Below, one piece after another: positions 1-10,426 of a DNA stretch of 64,000 nt. Source of the stretch: Gammaproteobacteria bacterium (GTDB lineage: Bacteria > Pseudomonadota > Gammaproteobacteria > Eutrophobiales > Eutrophobiaceae); the NCBI GenBank assembly GCA_965198875.1, contig CBDAPU010000001.1, positions 1,544,996 through 1,608,995 on the forward strand, written 5' to 3'. Numbering within the stretch: position 1 is the stretch's first letter; each line of letters begins with the position of its first letter. The notes beneath the pieces were generated by a model that saw only the letters and a program-made list of their open reading frames with translations, had not been told where the DNA came from and searched no databases. Made by a program: the position numbers and the translations under genes.

Positions 1-96
1 CAAGGATCCAGTGAAGGCAATTCAATCAATGGGTTAAACAGAAAATGGGCGGGTTATCCAGGGCAGTCCCGAAATAAACAGGGAGCGCACGCGCAA

Positions 97-630
97 ATGA
101 AACGGCCGACAGATCACACTGTTTTTCAAAACGCCTGGGTGGTGGATGATATTGAAGCCGCCGCCATGGACTGGGTAGAGACGTTTAATATCGGGCCGTT
201 CTTTCTGGCCGAATACGGCCCGGGGCAACTCACCGATGTGACCTATCGCGGCGAGCCGGGAGAGTTACACATGTATGTGGCCATCGCCCAGGCGGGGGCT
301 GTGCAGATAGAGTTAATCCAGCCAATGGGTGATGCACCCAATGCCTATCGAGACACAGTTCCTGAAGGGCAGAGCGGTTTTCATCATGTCTGTGTCTGGA
401 GCGATGATCTAGACGCCGATCTTAAATACTATGCCGAGCGGGATTGCCCAACGGCAAATGATGGTCGAATAAAAAACGGGCCCCGATTCGCCTACATCGA
501 TAGCCAGGCCAAATTGAATTGTATGCTGGAGCTCCTGGAACGCAATAAGCTGGTTGAAAATGTATTTCAAATGATCGCCGATACGGCCGCAAACTGGGAT
601 GGGAAAAACCCGATCCGGGGATATGAATAA
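97..630 (+). CDS. VOC-family (glyoxalase/bleomycin-resistance/extradiol-dioxygenase fold) protein
   Basis: 177-aa ORF; size and composition typical of a two-module VOC protein. It is divergent/adjacent to the E2 gene. This is a family-level guess from sequence character only. Confidence 0.45.
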   Translation: MKRPTDHTVFQNAWVVDDIEAAAMDWVETFNIGPFFLAEYGPGQLTDVTYRGEPGELHMYVAIAQAGAVQIELIQPMGDAPNAYRDTVPEGQSGFHHVCVWSDDLDADLKYYAERDCPTANDGRIKNGPRFAYIDSQAKLNCMLELLERNKLVENVFQMIADTAANWDGKNPIRGYE

Positions 631-634
631 ACGG

Positions 635-1876
635 CTATATCCGCACGGGATCTTCTATTATCGTTTTTAATCCAGCCAGAAATTGTGCGCCCAGCACCCC
701 GTCTATGGCGCGGTGATCACAGGACAGGCCGATTTTCATGATTTTTATCTCCTGCATACCTTCGCCAGCAGGGACATAGCGTTTACTGATCCTGCCGATA
801 GAAAGGATCGCCCCCTGGGGCGGATTGATGATCGCCTGGAATTCAGTAATGCCGTACATACCTAAATTCGACACCGTAAACGTTGCGCCCCTCAGATCAG
901 CGGAGGTTAAATGATTATTCCGTGCGCGCACACCCAGATCGCTAATAGCCTCACTCAACGCATGAATGGATAAGGACTCAGACTGATGTACCACCGGTGT
1001 GAGTAGCCCGTCATCGGTTGCCACGGCAATGGCCATGTTGATATGTTTGAACTGTCGTACTTCATCATCTACCAGATGAATATTCAACTGCGGGCAATCG
1101 CCTAACGCCAGGATCGCCGCACGCACGATAATGTCATTGACGGAAATCCTGCCCGCCCATTCCCGGTTTAGTTTCTCACGCCTTGATAAGGCTTTGGCAA
1201 CAGCAACTTCCGTGATGAGATAAAAATGCGGGATCTGTTGTTTTGACTGAACCAGGCGCCTGGCGATGCTCTTCCTGAGAGCGCTCAATGGTTTGGCTTC
1301 ATAGGCGGTCGTATCATGATCGGTCTCTCCAGCATGACTTTGTGCATAGTTCTCTACGTCTTCTGAGGAGATCCGCCCTCCCTTGCCGGTAGCGCTTACC
1401 TCGCTAATAGCCACATTCAGCTCTTTTGCCCGGCGTACCGCTGCCGGGCTTGCCTTGACTTTGACCTCACCATAACTGCTTTGGGTCTCTTGCTTTGAGC
1501 TACCCGCTGTGTTGGCGGGGCTCACTGTCGATGTGGGTGGCTCACCGGGATCTTCATCACCGAAAGCGGCGTCAGCCGGTTTGAACTCGGCAATAAATGT
1601 ATCGACTTCAGCATCACTGATCCCGGCATCGGCGATAACACCTAGCAGGGCGCCCACATTCAGGGTTTCCCCTTCTTCAACGATTCTCTTTCTCAGCACG
1701 CCATCAGCGGGGGTGTCCAGGGTATTGATGATCTTCTCGGTCTCTATATCAATCAGCGCTTCACCTTTGTTTACCCTCATACCCTCCTGAATATGCCAGG
1801 CAACGATGGTGCCCTCTTGCATCTCGATCCCCCACTTTGGAACGGTGACAGGATAAATGCCTTCAGCCATTGACAA
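635..1876 (-). CDS. dihydrolipoamide acyltransferase (E2) of a 2-oxoacid/acetoin dehydrogenase complex
   Basis: N-terminal lipoyl domain (IDIETEKI...). Pro/Ala-rich linker. Peripheral-subunit-binding domain (SPAAVRRAKELNV). C-terminal catalytic domain with DHRAIDG motif. Overlaps the E1beta stop by 14 bp. Confidence 0.85.
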   Translation of the reverse strand: MSMAEGIYPVTVPKWGIEMQEGTIVAWHIQEGMRVNKGEALIDIETEKIINTLDTPADGVLRKRIVEEGETLNVGALLGVIADAGISDAEVDTFIAEFKPADAAFGDEDPGEPPTSTVSPANTAGSSKQETQSSYGEVKVKASPAAVRRAKELNVAISEVSATGKGGRISSEDVENYAQSHAGETDHDTTAYEAKPLSALRKSIARRLVQSKQQIPHFYLITEVAVAKALSRREKLNREWAGRISVNDIIVRAAILALGDCPQLNIHLVDDEVRQFKHINMAIAVATDDGLLTPVVHQSESLSIHALSEAISDLGVRARNNHLTSADLRGATFTVSNLGMYGITEFQAIINPPQGAILSIGRISKRYVPAGEGMQEIKIMKIGLSCDHRAIDGVLGAQFLAGLKTIIEDPVRI

Positions 1877-2873
1877 TGGCTCTTATTGCAGCTTCGATTT
1901 TATCCGGGCCGGGGACGTATGCCCGTTCCAATTCCCTGGCGAAAGGCACCGGTGTATGGGGCGCCGTTACTGTTTTCACCGGTGCTTTTAGTAAATGAAA
2001 TGCCCTCTCAGCCACCATGCCGGCAATATCAGAGGCCAGACCGCAACGGGGCGGCGCCTCATCGATGATCACAAGCCTGCCTGTGTGTTCGAGGCTGTCA
2101 AAGATCATCTCATCATCCAGAGGGGATAAACTACGGGGGTCGATTAGATCACAGGTGACGCCTTCTCCCGCCAGTTTATCGATGACTTTCTCTGCAAACA
2201 CCACCATGCGTGCAATGGCGACCACCGTAACATCATCACCTTCACGTATCATGGCCGCCTCACCAATGGGGATCAGGTATTCCTCTTCCGGCACGTCCAT
2301 CTTTCTCGGATAAAGAGCCTTATGCTCGAAGAAGACCACTGGGTCATCGTCCCGGATCGCAGACTTTAGCAGTCCTTTTGCATCACGGGCATTACTGGGA
2401 ACAACGACTTTCAAGCCGGGCACCGCCGTCAACAATGGATAAATGATCTGCGAATGTTGCGCCCCCATATTCATGCCGGCGCCGGTTGCGGTACGGATCA
2501 CCAGTGGGCACCGGGTTTTACCACCGAACATATAACGAAACTTGGCCGCCTGGTTATAGACCTGGTCCATGCAGACGCCGATAAAATCAGCAAACATGAG
2601 CTCGGCAATGGGCCGCAAACCAGCCAGCGCCGCCCCGGCGCCGGCGCCCATGATGGCCGACTCAGAAATGGGCGTATCGATCACCCGTTCCTCGCCAAAC
2701 TCATGAATGAGCCCCTTAGATACACCAAAGATCCCGCCGGCGGCATCCCGTTCACCGGAGGTACCGCCAGCGCCACCTGAGACATCTTCACCCAATATAA
2801 TGACGGCGGGATCACGCCGCATTTCCTCATGCATGGCCTGATTAAGTGCATCACGAAATGAAATAACGGGCAT
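1863..2873 (-). CDS. TPP-dependent dehydrogenase E1 component beta subunit (acetoin/pyruvate dehydrogenase type)
   Basis: Transketolase-like pyrimidine-binding fold signature (VIDTPISE...GAAL.GLRPI.E.MF.DF). 336 aa. Lies in an operon between the E1alpha and E2 genes. Confidence 0.85.
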   Translation of the reverse strand: MPVISFRDALNQAMHEEMRRDPAVIILGEDVSGGAGGTSGERDAAGGIFGVSKGLIHEFGEERVIDTPISESAIMGAGAGAALAGLRPIAELMFADFIGVCMDQVYNQAAKFRYMFGGKTRCPLVIRTATGAGMNMGAQHSQIIYPLLTAVPGLKVVVPSNARDAKGLLKSAIRDDDPVVFFEHKALYPRKMDVPEEEYLIPIGEAAMIREGDDVTVVAIARMVVFAEKVIDKLAGEGVTCDLIDPRSLSPLDDEMIFDSLEHTGRLVIIDEAPPRCGLASDIAGMVAERAFHLLKAPVKTVTAPHTPVPFARELERAYVPGPDKIEAAIRAIVNG

Positions 2874-2893
2874 GGATAGATTATCTTTACGTT

Positions 2894-3865
2894 TTAATAG
2901 CTGATGTAGACATCTTCAAGCGCATCTTCGGGACGGGGTTTTGGCGCTGCTTTTGCCTGCATGACCGCCTTATCGATCAGCGCCATGACCTCGGCGTCAA
3001 TGGCGTCAAGCGCAGTCGCTTCCAACAAACCCTTCTCTGCAACATGTTGATGAAAGTTTTTCAAACAATCCATGGTCTCGCGCAATCGTTTTACTTCACC
3101 CCTGGCGCGATATAATTGCGGATCGCCTTCGAAGTGGCCGAAGTAACGGGTGATCGAACAGGTAACCGCACTCGGTCCCTCTCCATTACGGGCGCGTTCG
3201 ATGGCCTCACCGGCTGCCCCATGGACGGCAAAAAAATCCGCACCATCCACCGTAACTGCCGGCATGCCAAAGCCCCTCGCACGGCCTGCAATATCACCAC
3301 AGCCCACCGCATAGGCGGCGCCGGTGTGTTCGCTGTAACCGTTGTCTTCAAAAATGAATACGGTCGGGACGTTTAATACCACCGCCATGTTCATGGCTTC
3401 AAAAACCGTGCCCTGATTAGTGCCGCCATCACCGGTAAACGATACGCTCACCTTTTTAGTCTTTTGCAATTTTGTCGCTATGGCGGCGCCCACTGCAATG
3501 GGCGGGCCGCCGCCCACGATCGCATTGGCGCCTAACATGCCTTTATCAAAATCGGCAATGTGCATGGAACCGCCTTTGCCTTTGCAGATCCCATCGGCAC
3601 GCCCGTATATTTCCTTCATCATAGCCAGGACATCACAACCTTTTGCAATACAATGCCCGTGTCCCCTGTGCGTGCTGACGATGTAATCATCATCGGCAAG
3701 ATGTTCACAAACGCCCACTGCAATGGCCTCCTGCCCTGCATACAGATGGGTAAACCCGGGAATGTCTCCGGTTTGTATTTCCAGGTGCAGACGCTCTTCA
3801 AACTCGCGAATGGTTTTCATGCCTTGATAGGCACGTAATAACTTCTCTTTCGCTAATTCGCTCAA
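2894..3865 (-). CDS. TPP-dependent dehydrogenase E1 component alpha subunit
   Basis: THLYAGQEAIAVGV...STHRGHGHCIAKG and a TPP-binding GDG...N motif. 323 aa. Confidence 0.85.
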   Translation of the reverse strand: MSELAKEKLLRAYQGMKTIREFEERLHLEIQTGDIPGFTHLYAGQEAIAVGVCEHLADDDYIVSTHRGHGHCIAKGCDVLAMMKEIYGRADGICKGKGGSMHIADFDKGMLGANAIVGGGPPIAVGAAIATKLQKTKKVSVSFTGDGGTNQGTVFEAMNMAVVLNVPTVFIFEDNGYSEHTGAAYAVGCGDIAGRARGFGMPAVTVDGADFFAVHGAAGEAIERARNGEGPSAVTCSITRYFGHFEGDPQLYRARGEVKRLRETMDCLKNFHQHVAEKGLLEATALDAIDAEVMALIDKAVMQAKAAPKPRPEDALEDVYISY

Positions 3866-3912
3866 GGTGAGATACCTGGTAGGTTAATTTTTATATCCAT
3901 CAGACTGAAACC

Positions 3913-5196
3913 TTACTCGCTCAAATACGCTTCAAGCACTTTATGAAAATGCCGGATCCGCAATTCCTGCTCTCCTATCCATAGCCCGTCAAAGCCCCGC
4001 GAGCCCATGCCCCGCTGTACGTGAGGTAAGTTCTCTGCATCCTGTCTGATCACCAAATGGGTCTTCTTCTCGCCATGGATAAAACTATCATGCGCTGGTC
4101 TGTCCTCAGGCCATTTCTCACCATCAGCAACCAGCTCGAGCACCCAGAAATCAAAGAACATTTTATTCGGATCCTCAGGATGCGGTCTTTGTCTGAACAC
4201 CCACAGATCATCGGCATGTACATTCATGGTGACATTGGGAAAGATGAGATAATGATAATCATCAGTGAGTTGCTCATCATGAAGGCGGGAATAGTCGCGA
4301 CCAATTTTTGCGCCATGTTCACGTTTCCAGGCCTGCAGGTCTTCACGCACATCCTGAGGCTTACCCTCATAATCCGCCGGTTCCATGCCCGCCTCACTCA
4401 TCATCTGCCGCATCCCCGGCGGCACATCCGGCGGCATAGGCACTCTTGGGCTTAACGTGGCGAACTTGATCAAATAGCGGCTGTGTTTATCGTAGCAGTC
4501 GATTTGAATATTCACATCATCCAGGTGATATAATAACTGCGGGTGTATGCCCTGCACATGATAACTTTCATTGAAGGCGTCCACGGAGGTCTTCCAGTTG
4601 CAGTCCCATTCGATCGTCACGTCCTCTTTCAGGGCCATCTTCTGAAAACGATACGGCTCAAGGTGTTCTGGAATAATATCCAGATAATCCAGCAACGGCT
4701 CGACATCCGGATCAAAACTAAACCAGATGAAACCACCCCAGGTATCACAGGGCAGCGCTTTTAATCCGTAACAGGGCCTGCCCTGGGGGAAGGTATCCTC
4801 ATCGGGAATACGTTTGAAAGAGCCATCGAGATGATACTCCCAGTGATGATAGGCACATTGAAACGACTCCGCCGTACCCATGCCAGGCGGTCGCAAACGG
4901 TTACCGCGATGTTGACACACATTATAAAAAGCGCGGATCCCATGATCCTGCTGGCGAACAATCAATACCGATTCAGGGCCGATTTCACTGACGATGTAAT
5001 CACCCGGCGCTTTTATATCCGCTTCCAACGCACCCAGTAACCATACCTTGGTCCACATCCTCTCCCACTCCCGCTGCATAAACTCCCTGCAGACATACCG
5101 TTCTTTCGGGATCATGTCATGACCCAATTCTGGATCGGGGATCTTCTCCAACGGCGTTTTCTGCATCCCGATGAGGTTGTCTTTATTGGCGGCCAT
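3913..5196 (-). CDS. Rieske [2Fe-2S] non-heme-iron oxygenase alpha subunit (GbcA/CntA-like; no beta subunit present)
   Basis: Rieske motif CQH-x17-CAYHHW in the N-terminal third. C-terminal catalytic domain has conserved His/Asp. 427 aa. No adjacent small-subunit or reductase gene. Confidence 0.8.
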   Translation of the reverse strand: MAANKDNLIGMQKTPLEKIPDPELGHDMIPKERYVCREFMQREWERMWTKVWLLGALEADIKAPGDYIVSEIGPESVLIVRQQDHGIRAFYNVCQHRGNRLRPPGMGTAESFQCAYHHWEYHLDGSFKRIPDEDTFPQGRPCYGLKALPCDTWGGFIWFSFDPDVEPLLDYLDIIPEHLEPYRFQKMALKEDVTIEWDCNWKTSVDAFNESYHVQGIHPQLLYHLDDVNIQIDCYDKHSRYLIKFATLSPRVPMPPDVPPGMRQMMSEAGMEPADYEGKPQDVREDLQAWKREHGAKIGRDYSRLHDEQLTDDYHYLIFPNVTMNVHADDLWVFRQRPHPEDPNKMFFDFWVLELVADGEKWPEDRPAHDSFIHGEKKTHLVIRQDAENLPHVQRGMGSRGFDGLWIGEQELRIRHFHKVLEAYLSE

Positions 5197-5213
5197 GCTA
5201 TTTGTGTGCGGAA

Positions 5214-5975
5214 CTAGAACTGCACCCGTTTGGTATAACCATTATCAACAACCAGATTGACGCCGTTGATGGCGCTGGCGGCAGGACTTGAGATAAATGC
5301 GACAGTCCTGGCGACTTCTTCAGGCACGACCATACGACCTGTCGGAATTTGTCGCAGTGTTCTCTCGTAGAACTTCTCATTGCTGATCTTGAGCATTTCC
5401 CAGGCGCCGCCCTCGAAGTAAACCGGGCCGGGGCAAACACAGTTGATGCGTATGTCATGTTTGCCGACGAATTGACTTAATTGTTTCGCATAATTGACCA
5501 GGGCTGCTTTCATGGCATTGTATGCCATGGGGCCACCGAAGGTTTCAACCGCATTGGTGGAGCTGATGATGGTAATTGCGCCGCCACCCCCTTCCTGCAT
5601 TTTTGGCAACAGGATCTCGCAGGCACGCACCGTGTGTAATACGTCAATCTCAAAATTACGCCACCAGTTACGCTCTGAATCCATACCGGCTCCGCCACTC
5701 ACATTGGCGATAAAAATATCTGCGCCGCCCAAGCCCTCGGCTGCCTCCTCAACCCATGTTTTGTATTCATTCTCATCACGTACATTCAGCGCTTTGCCAA
5801 TGGCCCGCACACCCCGATCTTCCAGGGCTTCCACGGTTTCATTGACGGCCTCTTCATCACGGGCACAAAAGCCAATATCGACTTTCTCTCTGGCGAGCAA
5901 TTCAGCAATAGCCCGACCAATACCACGGGTCGCCCCGGTCACCAGGGCCTTTTTACCTTTTAATCCCAGATCCAT
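5214..5975 (-). CDS. short-chain dehydrogenase/reductase (SDR)
   Basis: TGATRGIGRAIA Rossmann motif and NAG...YNAMK catalytic motif. I prefer the start at the ATG at 5975, which has a GGAGGAG Shine-Dalgarno. The longest ORF extends to 6068. Confidence 0.75.
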   Translation of the reverse strand: MDLGLKGKKALVTGATRGIGRAIAELLAREKVDIGFCARDEEAVNETVEALEDRGVRAIGKALNVRDENEYKTWVEEAAEGLGGADIFIANVSGGAGMDSERNWWRNFEIDVLHTVRACEILLPKMQEGGGGAITIISSTNAVETFGGPMAYNAMKAALVNYAKQLSQFVGKHDIRINCVCPGPVYFEGGAWEMLKISNEKFYERTLRQIPTGRMVVPEEVARTVAFISSPAASAINGVNLVVDNGYTKRVQF

Positions 5976-6180
5976 CGTCTCTCCTCCCATGAGGTTAAGT
6001 GCGTGTTTTATTAAAGGCGCAACCATGAGATGCGCCCACGTTATCAGCGTAAGGATGATTATAGTCAAACAGACAAATAATAAACAGTCAGGCTTGTTTG
6101 TTTTTCCCGATCACCCCTATGCCCCACAACAAATGCACTAGGCCAGTGGGCGCTTGCTTTGAATGTGAATACGGGATTGC

Positions 6181-6933
6181 TTACTGCACAGACAAGGCGT
6201 TATCGATAACCAGCTCCTCGCCATTGATAAAACGCGACTCATCGCTGGCCAGAAACAAAACCAGATTAGCGACATCCTCGGCAGCGCCAACCCCGATTAG
6301 ATCCGCCTCCCCGGAGGGTTCCAGCCCCAGCATGGCATTGGCCTGGGTCACCATTGGGGTATCCATGGAGCCGGCATGGACAGAATTGCAGCGGATATTG
6401 TATTTGTTCATCTGGCAGTGAACGGCGATGGATTTGGTCATGGATCTGACCGCACCTTTTGCTGCGCTGTAGGCAAAGAAAACAGGATAACCCAGGTGAG
6501 AGGCAATGGACGACATATTAATAATGGAGCCGCCACCACTGCGCTGCATTAACGGGATGGCTGCTCTGCACCCTAAAAATACACCCTCGGACATAACCGC
6601 ATTGGCACGCCTGAACTCATCCAGCGTTGTCGTCTCGGGAGTGGCGACGATGACGATGCCGGCGTTGTTCACCAGAATATTCAACCCCCCATAACGCGCC
6701 TGCACCTGCTTGATGGTATCTTCCCATTCAGACTCACGGGTGACATCCTGCCTGATGAAAACGGCCTCACCTTTTAACTCTGATTTTATGTGATCGGCCA
6801 CTGCCTGACCGGCGTCATTTATATCGGTCAACACGACGCTCGCCCCCTGTCTCGCCAGCAAAATGGCGTCCGCCTTGCCAAGACCTGACGCCGCCCCGGT
6901 CACCAGCGCCACTTTATTCGTCACTCTACCCAT
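6181..6933 (-). CDS. short-chain dehydrogenase/reductase (SDR, 3-oxoacyl-ACP-reductase-like)
   Basis: KVALVTGAASGLGKA...NNAG...YSAAK motifs. Start ATG at 6933 gives MGRVTNK; the longest ORF extends to 6972. Confidence 0.75.
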   Translation of the reverse strand: MGRVTNKVALVTGAASGLGKADAILLARQGASVVLTDINDAGQAVADHIKSELKGEAVFIRQDVTRESEWEDTIKQVQARYGGLNILVNNAGIVIVATPETTTLDEFRRANAVMSEGVFLGCRAAIPLMQRSGGGSIINMSSIASHLGYPVFFAYSAAKGAVRSMTKSIAVHCQMNKYNIRCNSVHAGSMDTPMVTQANAMLGLEPSGEADLIGVGAAEDVANLVLFLASDESRFINGEELVIDNALSVQ

Positions 6934-7110
6934 AGCAGGGCTCCATTTTGAAAGATGAGCAAAGCGTATCAATGCACAAACAGGCTTGCAAACTATAACA
7001 GGATTTCACTTGTGATGTTGCATGTCAGCGGGTATAAAATGCTGAGTGGGTCTCGATGCGATACGGAAATAGTTAAGGAAACAGCCTCATAAAACACTAC
7101 CCAGGATAAA

Positions 7111-7767
7111 ATGGCTAACGCTGATAATGCCAATAAACCCCGGCAAACACCCAAAGGGCCGGGGGATGCTGGCTGGCAGGCACATAAAAGCTCAAACACC
7201 AGAGATCAGATCCTGGAGGCGGCGATAAAGTGCATTGTTGAGATGGGCTACGCCAACACGACGACAATTAAAATTGCCGAGCGGGCGGGATTATCGCGGG
7301 GTGCGACACTGCATCATTTCCCATCCAGAATGGGGATCATTCGTGCGGCAGTGGATTACCTGCATCAAAAACGCCTGCGTGCGTTTAGAAAATCCGTCGC
7401 GCATATTCCCAAAGATGTTGATCACGTAAAGATGGCGGTGGAATTTTACTGGGCACATGTTACACACCCCTTGTATGTTGCCTTCTTCGAGCTATCGGTG
7501 GCCGCCAGATATGACAGGGAATTGCGAGACATACTGCGACCTGCACAACAGGCGTTCGATGATGAATGGTATAAAACAGCGCAGGAACTGTATCCTGAAT
7601 GGCAATCAGACACAGATGCCTTTGATCTCGCCCTCAACTTGTCACAGCACTTAATGGAAGGCATGGCGATCAGCTATTTAACCCATGCCAGGGATGATAA
7701 AAAGGAAGTACTGCTCCAGTATCTGGAAAACAGCATTCGCTCCCTTGCACCTGATGAGGGAAGATAG
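7111..7767 (+). CDS. TetR-family transcriptional regulator
   Basis: N-terminal HTH (RDQILEAAIKCIVEMGYANTTTIKIAERAGLSRGATLHHFPSR). Divergent from the SDR-Rieske-E1-E2 operon. Confidence 0.8.
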   Translation: MANADNANKPRQTPKGPGDAGWQAHKSSNTRDQILEAAIKCIVEMGYANTTTIKIAERAGLSRGATLHHFPSRMGIIRAAVDYLHQKRLRAFRKSVAHIPKDVDHVKMAVEFYWAHVTHPLYVAFFELSVAARYDRELRDILRPAQQAFDDEWYKTAQELYPEWQSDTDAFDLALNLSQHLMEGMAISYLTHARDDKKEVLLQYLENSIRSLAPDEGR

Positions 7768-7831
7768 CGTCTTTATTCGGGAAGCCTTATTGAATACGAC
7801 ACGCCAAACCCGAAATAGCAGGCCATAGTGA

Positions 7832-8209
<378 letters not shown>

Positions 8210-8376
8210 CTTTGCAAAATAATGACAGGGATTGCTTCACGCATTCGCTGGCGATCATCACCCTTGCCGACGCGTTTTCAATACCTGCACTTCCCACATA
8301 TCAGCCGCGCCGCATGCAAGACAGGCTTTTATTTATGCCAGTAACCTTTTTATCCGCCGCTACCGAGGAAAAAATA

Positions 8377-9059
8377 TCACAAGCAAGGCAGATTCGAAAT
8401 TCCTATCGACGGACTACAGAGAACCCTGTCAAAAATCCATGCTGTAGTAGCAAGAAGTGAGAAGGAAAATTCAGCGTCTTTGTCATGACCGGGTTCGTTG
8501 CTCGCCACCGCTTGGATACTCGCCTTTCCTGCATGGGTCTGTATCACCAGTTGCGCCCCGACATCCACCTGCCTGCCGGATGGCTCAAGATTCGCATCAA
8601 GGGTTTTTTTCAATATCGCCCCCGCAGGAATAACCAGCCCCATTGTCCCGCTCTCCACTCTCACCAGGGAAGAAACCGAAAGTCGTATACCAGAACCTGC
8701 AAAAGTCTGCGGCTTGACTCTAATGCAAATAAACTTGTTATCACCTCAGATATATCACTAATCAAACCAGCTCCACTCCCGACATAAGACCCACCCATCT
8801 GTGCATCCCCGATCAGATCCCAGTCCGCCAGTCCATAATCAAAGCCCATGCTGGCAAAAACCGTCGATGAAGACAGATCCCCTAAGACGCCCTCCACAGT
8901 CACCCTAATAACAGACCTTGACTCTGCAATGTAACCCGAGCCAAGATGCAAGGGCAGGCCCGGCAAACGGTATGAAACAGCTACGCCCGGGGCAGGCTTC
9001 GTGGTAGGGCGGTCCTGACCACTGTGCCCAAGGGCAACAATCCCGCCAGGCAAGCACAC
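8377..9059 (-). pseudogene. frameshifted ORF pair (132 aa + 95 aa) of unknown function, probable gene remnant
   Basis: Two consecutive minus-strand ORFs overlap by 4 nt in different frames. No recognisable family and no good start context. They lie in a 1.1-kb stretch with no other coding signal. Confidence 0.2.
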
Positions 9060-9351
9060 TGAAAGAGACAGGGCTCTTGCCCGCTGTTATCCATAGTGAC
9101 CGATACGATAACAACATCCCATCCCGAAAACCCGAGCGTGAACGGCGCACTTGCTTTTTATCTCTCATGTGCGATGGGCTCCCCGGCTTATGCCACCCAT
9201 AGAAATTTTAGGCTAAAATCAACGAATGTTTATAGTTGATGATGTTTGCCTGTTTCAGGGCTTGGCTATAACATGCTGAATTAAGCTATTTCGCATCAAA
9301 GCCAATGCTGCCTTTCACATTGGGCCGCTCGCTTTACCATGACATTAGCGG

Positions 9352-9951
9352 TTGATCATCATAAACTATCCATCCTTCATTACCCGGGCAAGGCAAGTGA
9401 GAAAAACGGAGCGCATCACCACAGTCTTTATCGTTGCCATTATCGGCGTAACCCTGTGGCTATGGGTAAGCCCGGCAGGGATCAAACAGGCGCCGAACGT
9501 CACGTTTAACCTGCTTGACGGGCGCAAAATCCAGACCCAGGCATTACGCGGCAAACCGGTGTTGGTGACGTTCTGGGCGACAACCTGCTCCGGCTGCTTA
9601 AAAGAAATGCCGCATCTAGTCGAACTCTACCGTGAGCTCGGCACAAAGCGCTTTGAAATAATCGGCGTCGCCATGTCCTATGATCCCCCAAACCAGGTAT
9701 TGGAACTCGTAACAGAGCGGCGGATCCCCTATCCTGTTTCTCTGGATATTGACGGCGCTATCGCGATGGCCTTTGGCAACGTCATGCTAACCCCAACGTC
9801 GTTTCTGATCGCCCCCGATGGGAGAATCATCAAACACAAAATCGGTGAAATGGATATCGCCGATCTCAAGCTGGCGATTAAAAACCTGCCATCGCAACCA
9901 CCATATCTTGCAACAGGACAGCCGAAGCAGCAGCACAGGCTCAAGTCATAG
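9352..9951 (+). CDS. TlpA/ResA-like periplasmic thiol:disulfide oxidoreductase (thioredoxin fold)
   Basis: N-terminal membrane anchor and the thioredoxin-fold block VLVTFWATTCSGCLKEMP. ~180-200 aa. Start uncertain (GTG at ~9396 possible). Confidence 0.7.
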   Translation: MIIINYPSFITRARQVRKTERITTVFIVAIIGVTLWLWVSPAGIKQAPNVTFNLLDGRKIQTQALRGKPVLVTFWATTCSGCLKEMPHLVELYRELGTKRFEIIGVAMSYDPPNQVLELVTERRIPYPVSLDIDGAIAMAFGNVMLTPTSFLIAPDGRIIKHKIGEMDIADLKLAIKNLPSQPPYLATGQPKQQHRLKS

Positions 9952-10003
9952 TCTAACGATGAACCCCGACCACCTTCGGCCTTAGCCTTATCAAGCAAAA
10001 CGG

Positions 10004-10426
10004 ATGTTACTACTAAAAGCCCTGCACCTCATCACAATGGTCACCTGGTTTGCCGGATTATTCTATCTACCACGCCTGTTCGTTTATCACGCCATGAGTG
10101 AGGATGATATTAGCATCGCGCGCTTTAAGATCATGGAGAGAAAACTTTACTATGGGATCACCATGCCCGGCGGTGTTTTGACATTGCTGTTCGGCCTATG
10201 GTTGTTATCGGGCAGTTGGGCGCATTATCTCTCACAGCTCTGGATGCAGATAAAGCTCGCCCTGATCCTGTTGCTTGCTCTGTATCACTGCTATTGCGGC
10301 AGGCTGGTATGGTTGTTCAGGGAAGATAAAAATACCCGTGGCCATCTCTGGTATCGTTGGTTTAATGAGGTTCCGGTTGTCTTTTTAATCGCCATTGTGT
10401 TCCTGGCCGTCTATAAACCCCTATAA
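10004..10426 (+). CDS. hemJ: protoporphyrinogen IX oxidase HemJ (UPF0093 membrane protein)
   Basis: MLLLKALHLITMVTWFAGLFYLPRLFVYHA is the hallmark N-terminus of the HemJ family. 140 aa, four predicted TM segments. Confidence 0.75.
   Translation: MLLLKALHLITMVTWFAGLFYLPRLFVYHAMSEDDISIARFKIMERKLYYGITMPGGVLTLLFGLWLLSGSWAHYLSQLWMQIKLALILLLALYHCYCGRLVWLFREDKNTRGHLWYRWFNEVPVVFLIAIVFLAVYKPL

Noticed and set aside
5494-6141. 215-aa plus-strand ORF and other long antisense ORFs (e.g. 13912-14511, 20819-21265, 35695-36102, 46878-47357)
   Set aside because: They lie entirely inside well-supported genes on the opposite strand or in another frame. They have Pro/Arg/Ala-rich low-complexity translations typical of GC-rich antisense frames.
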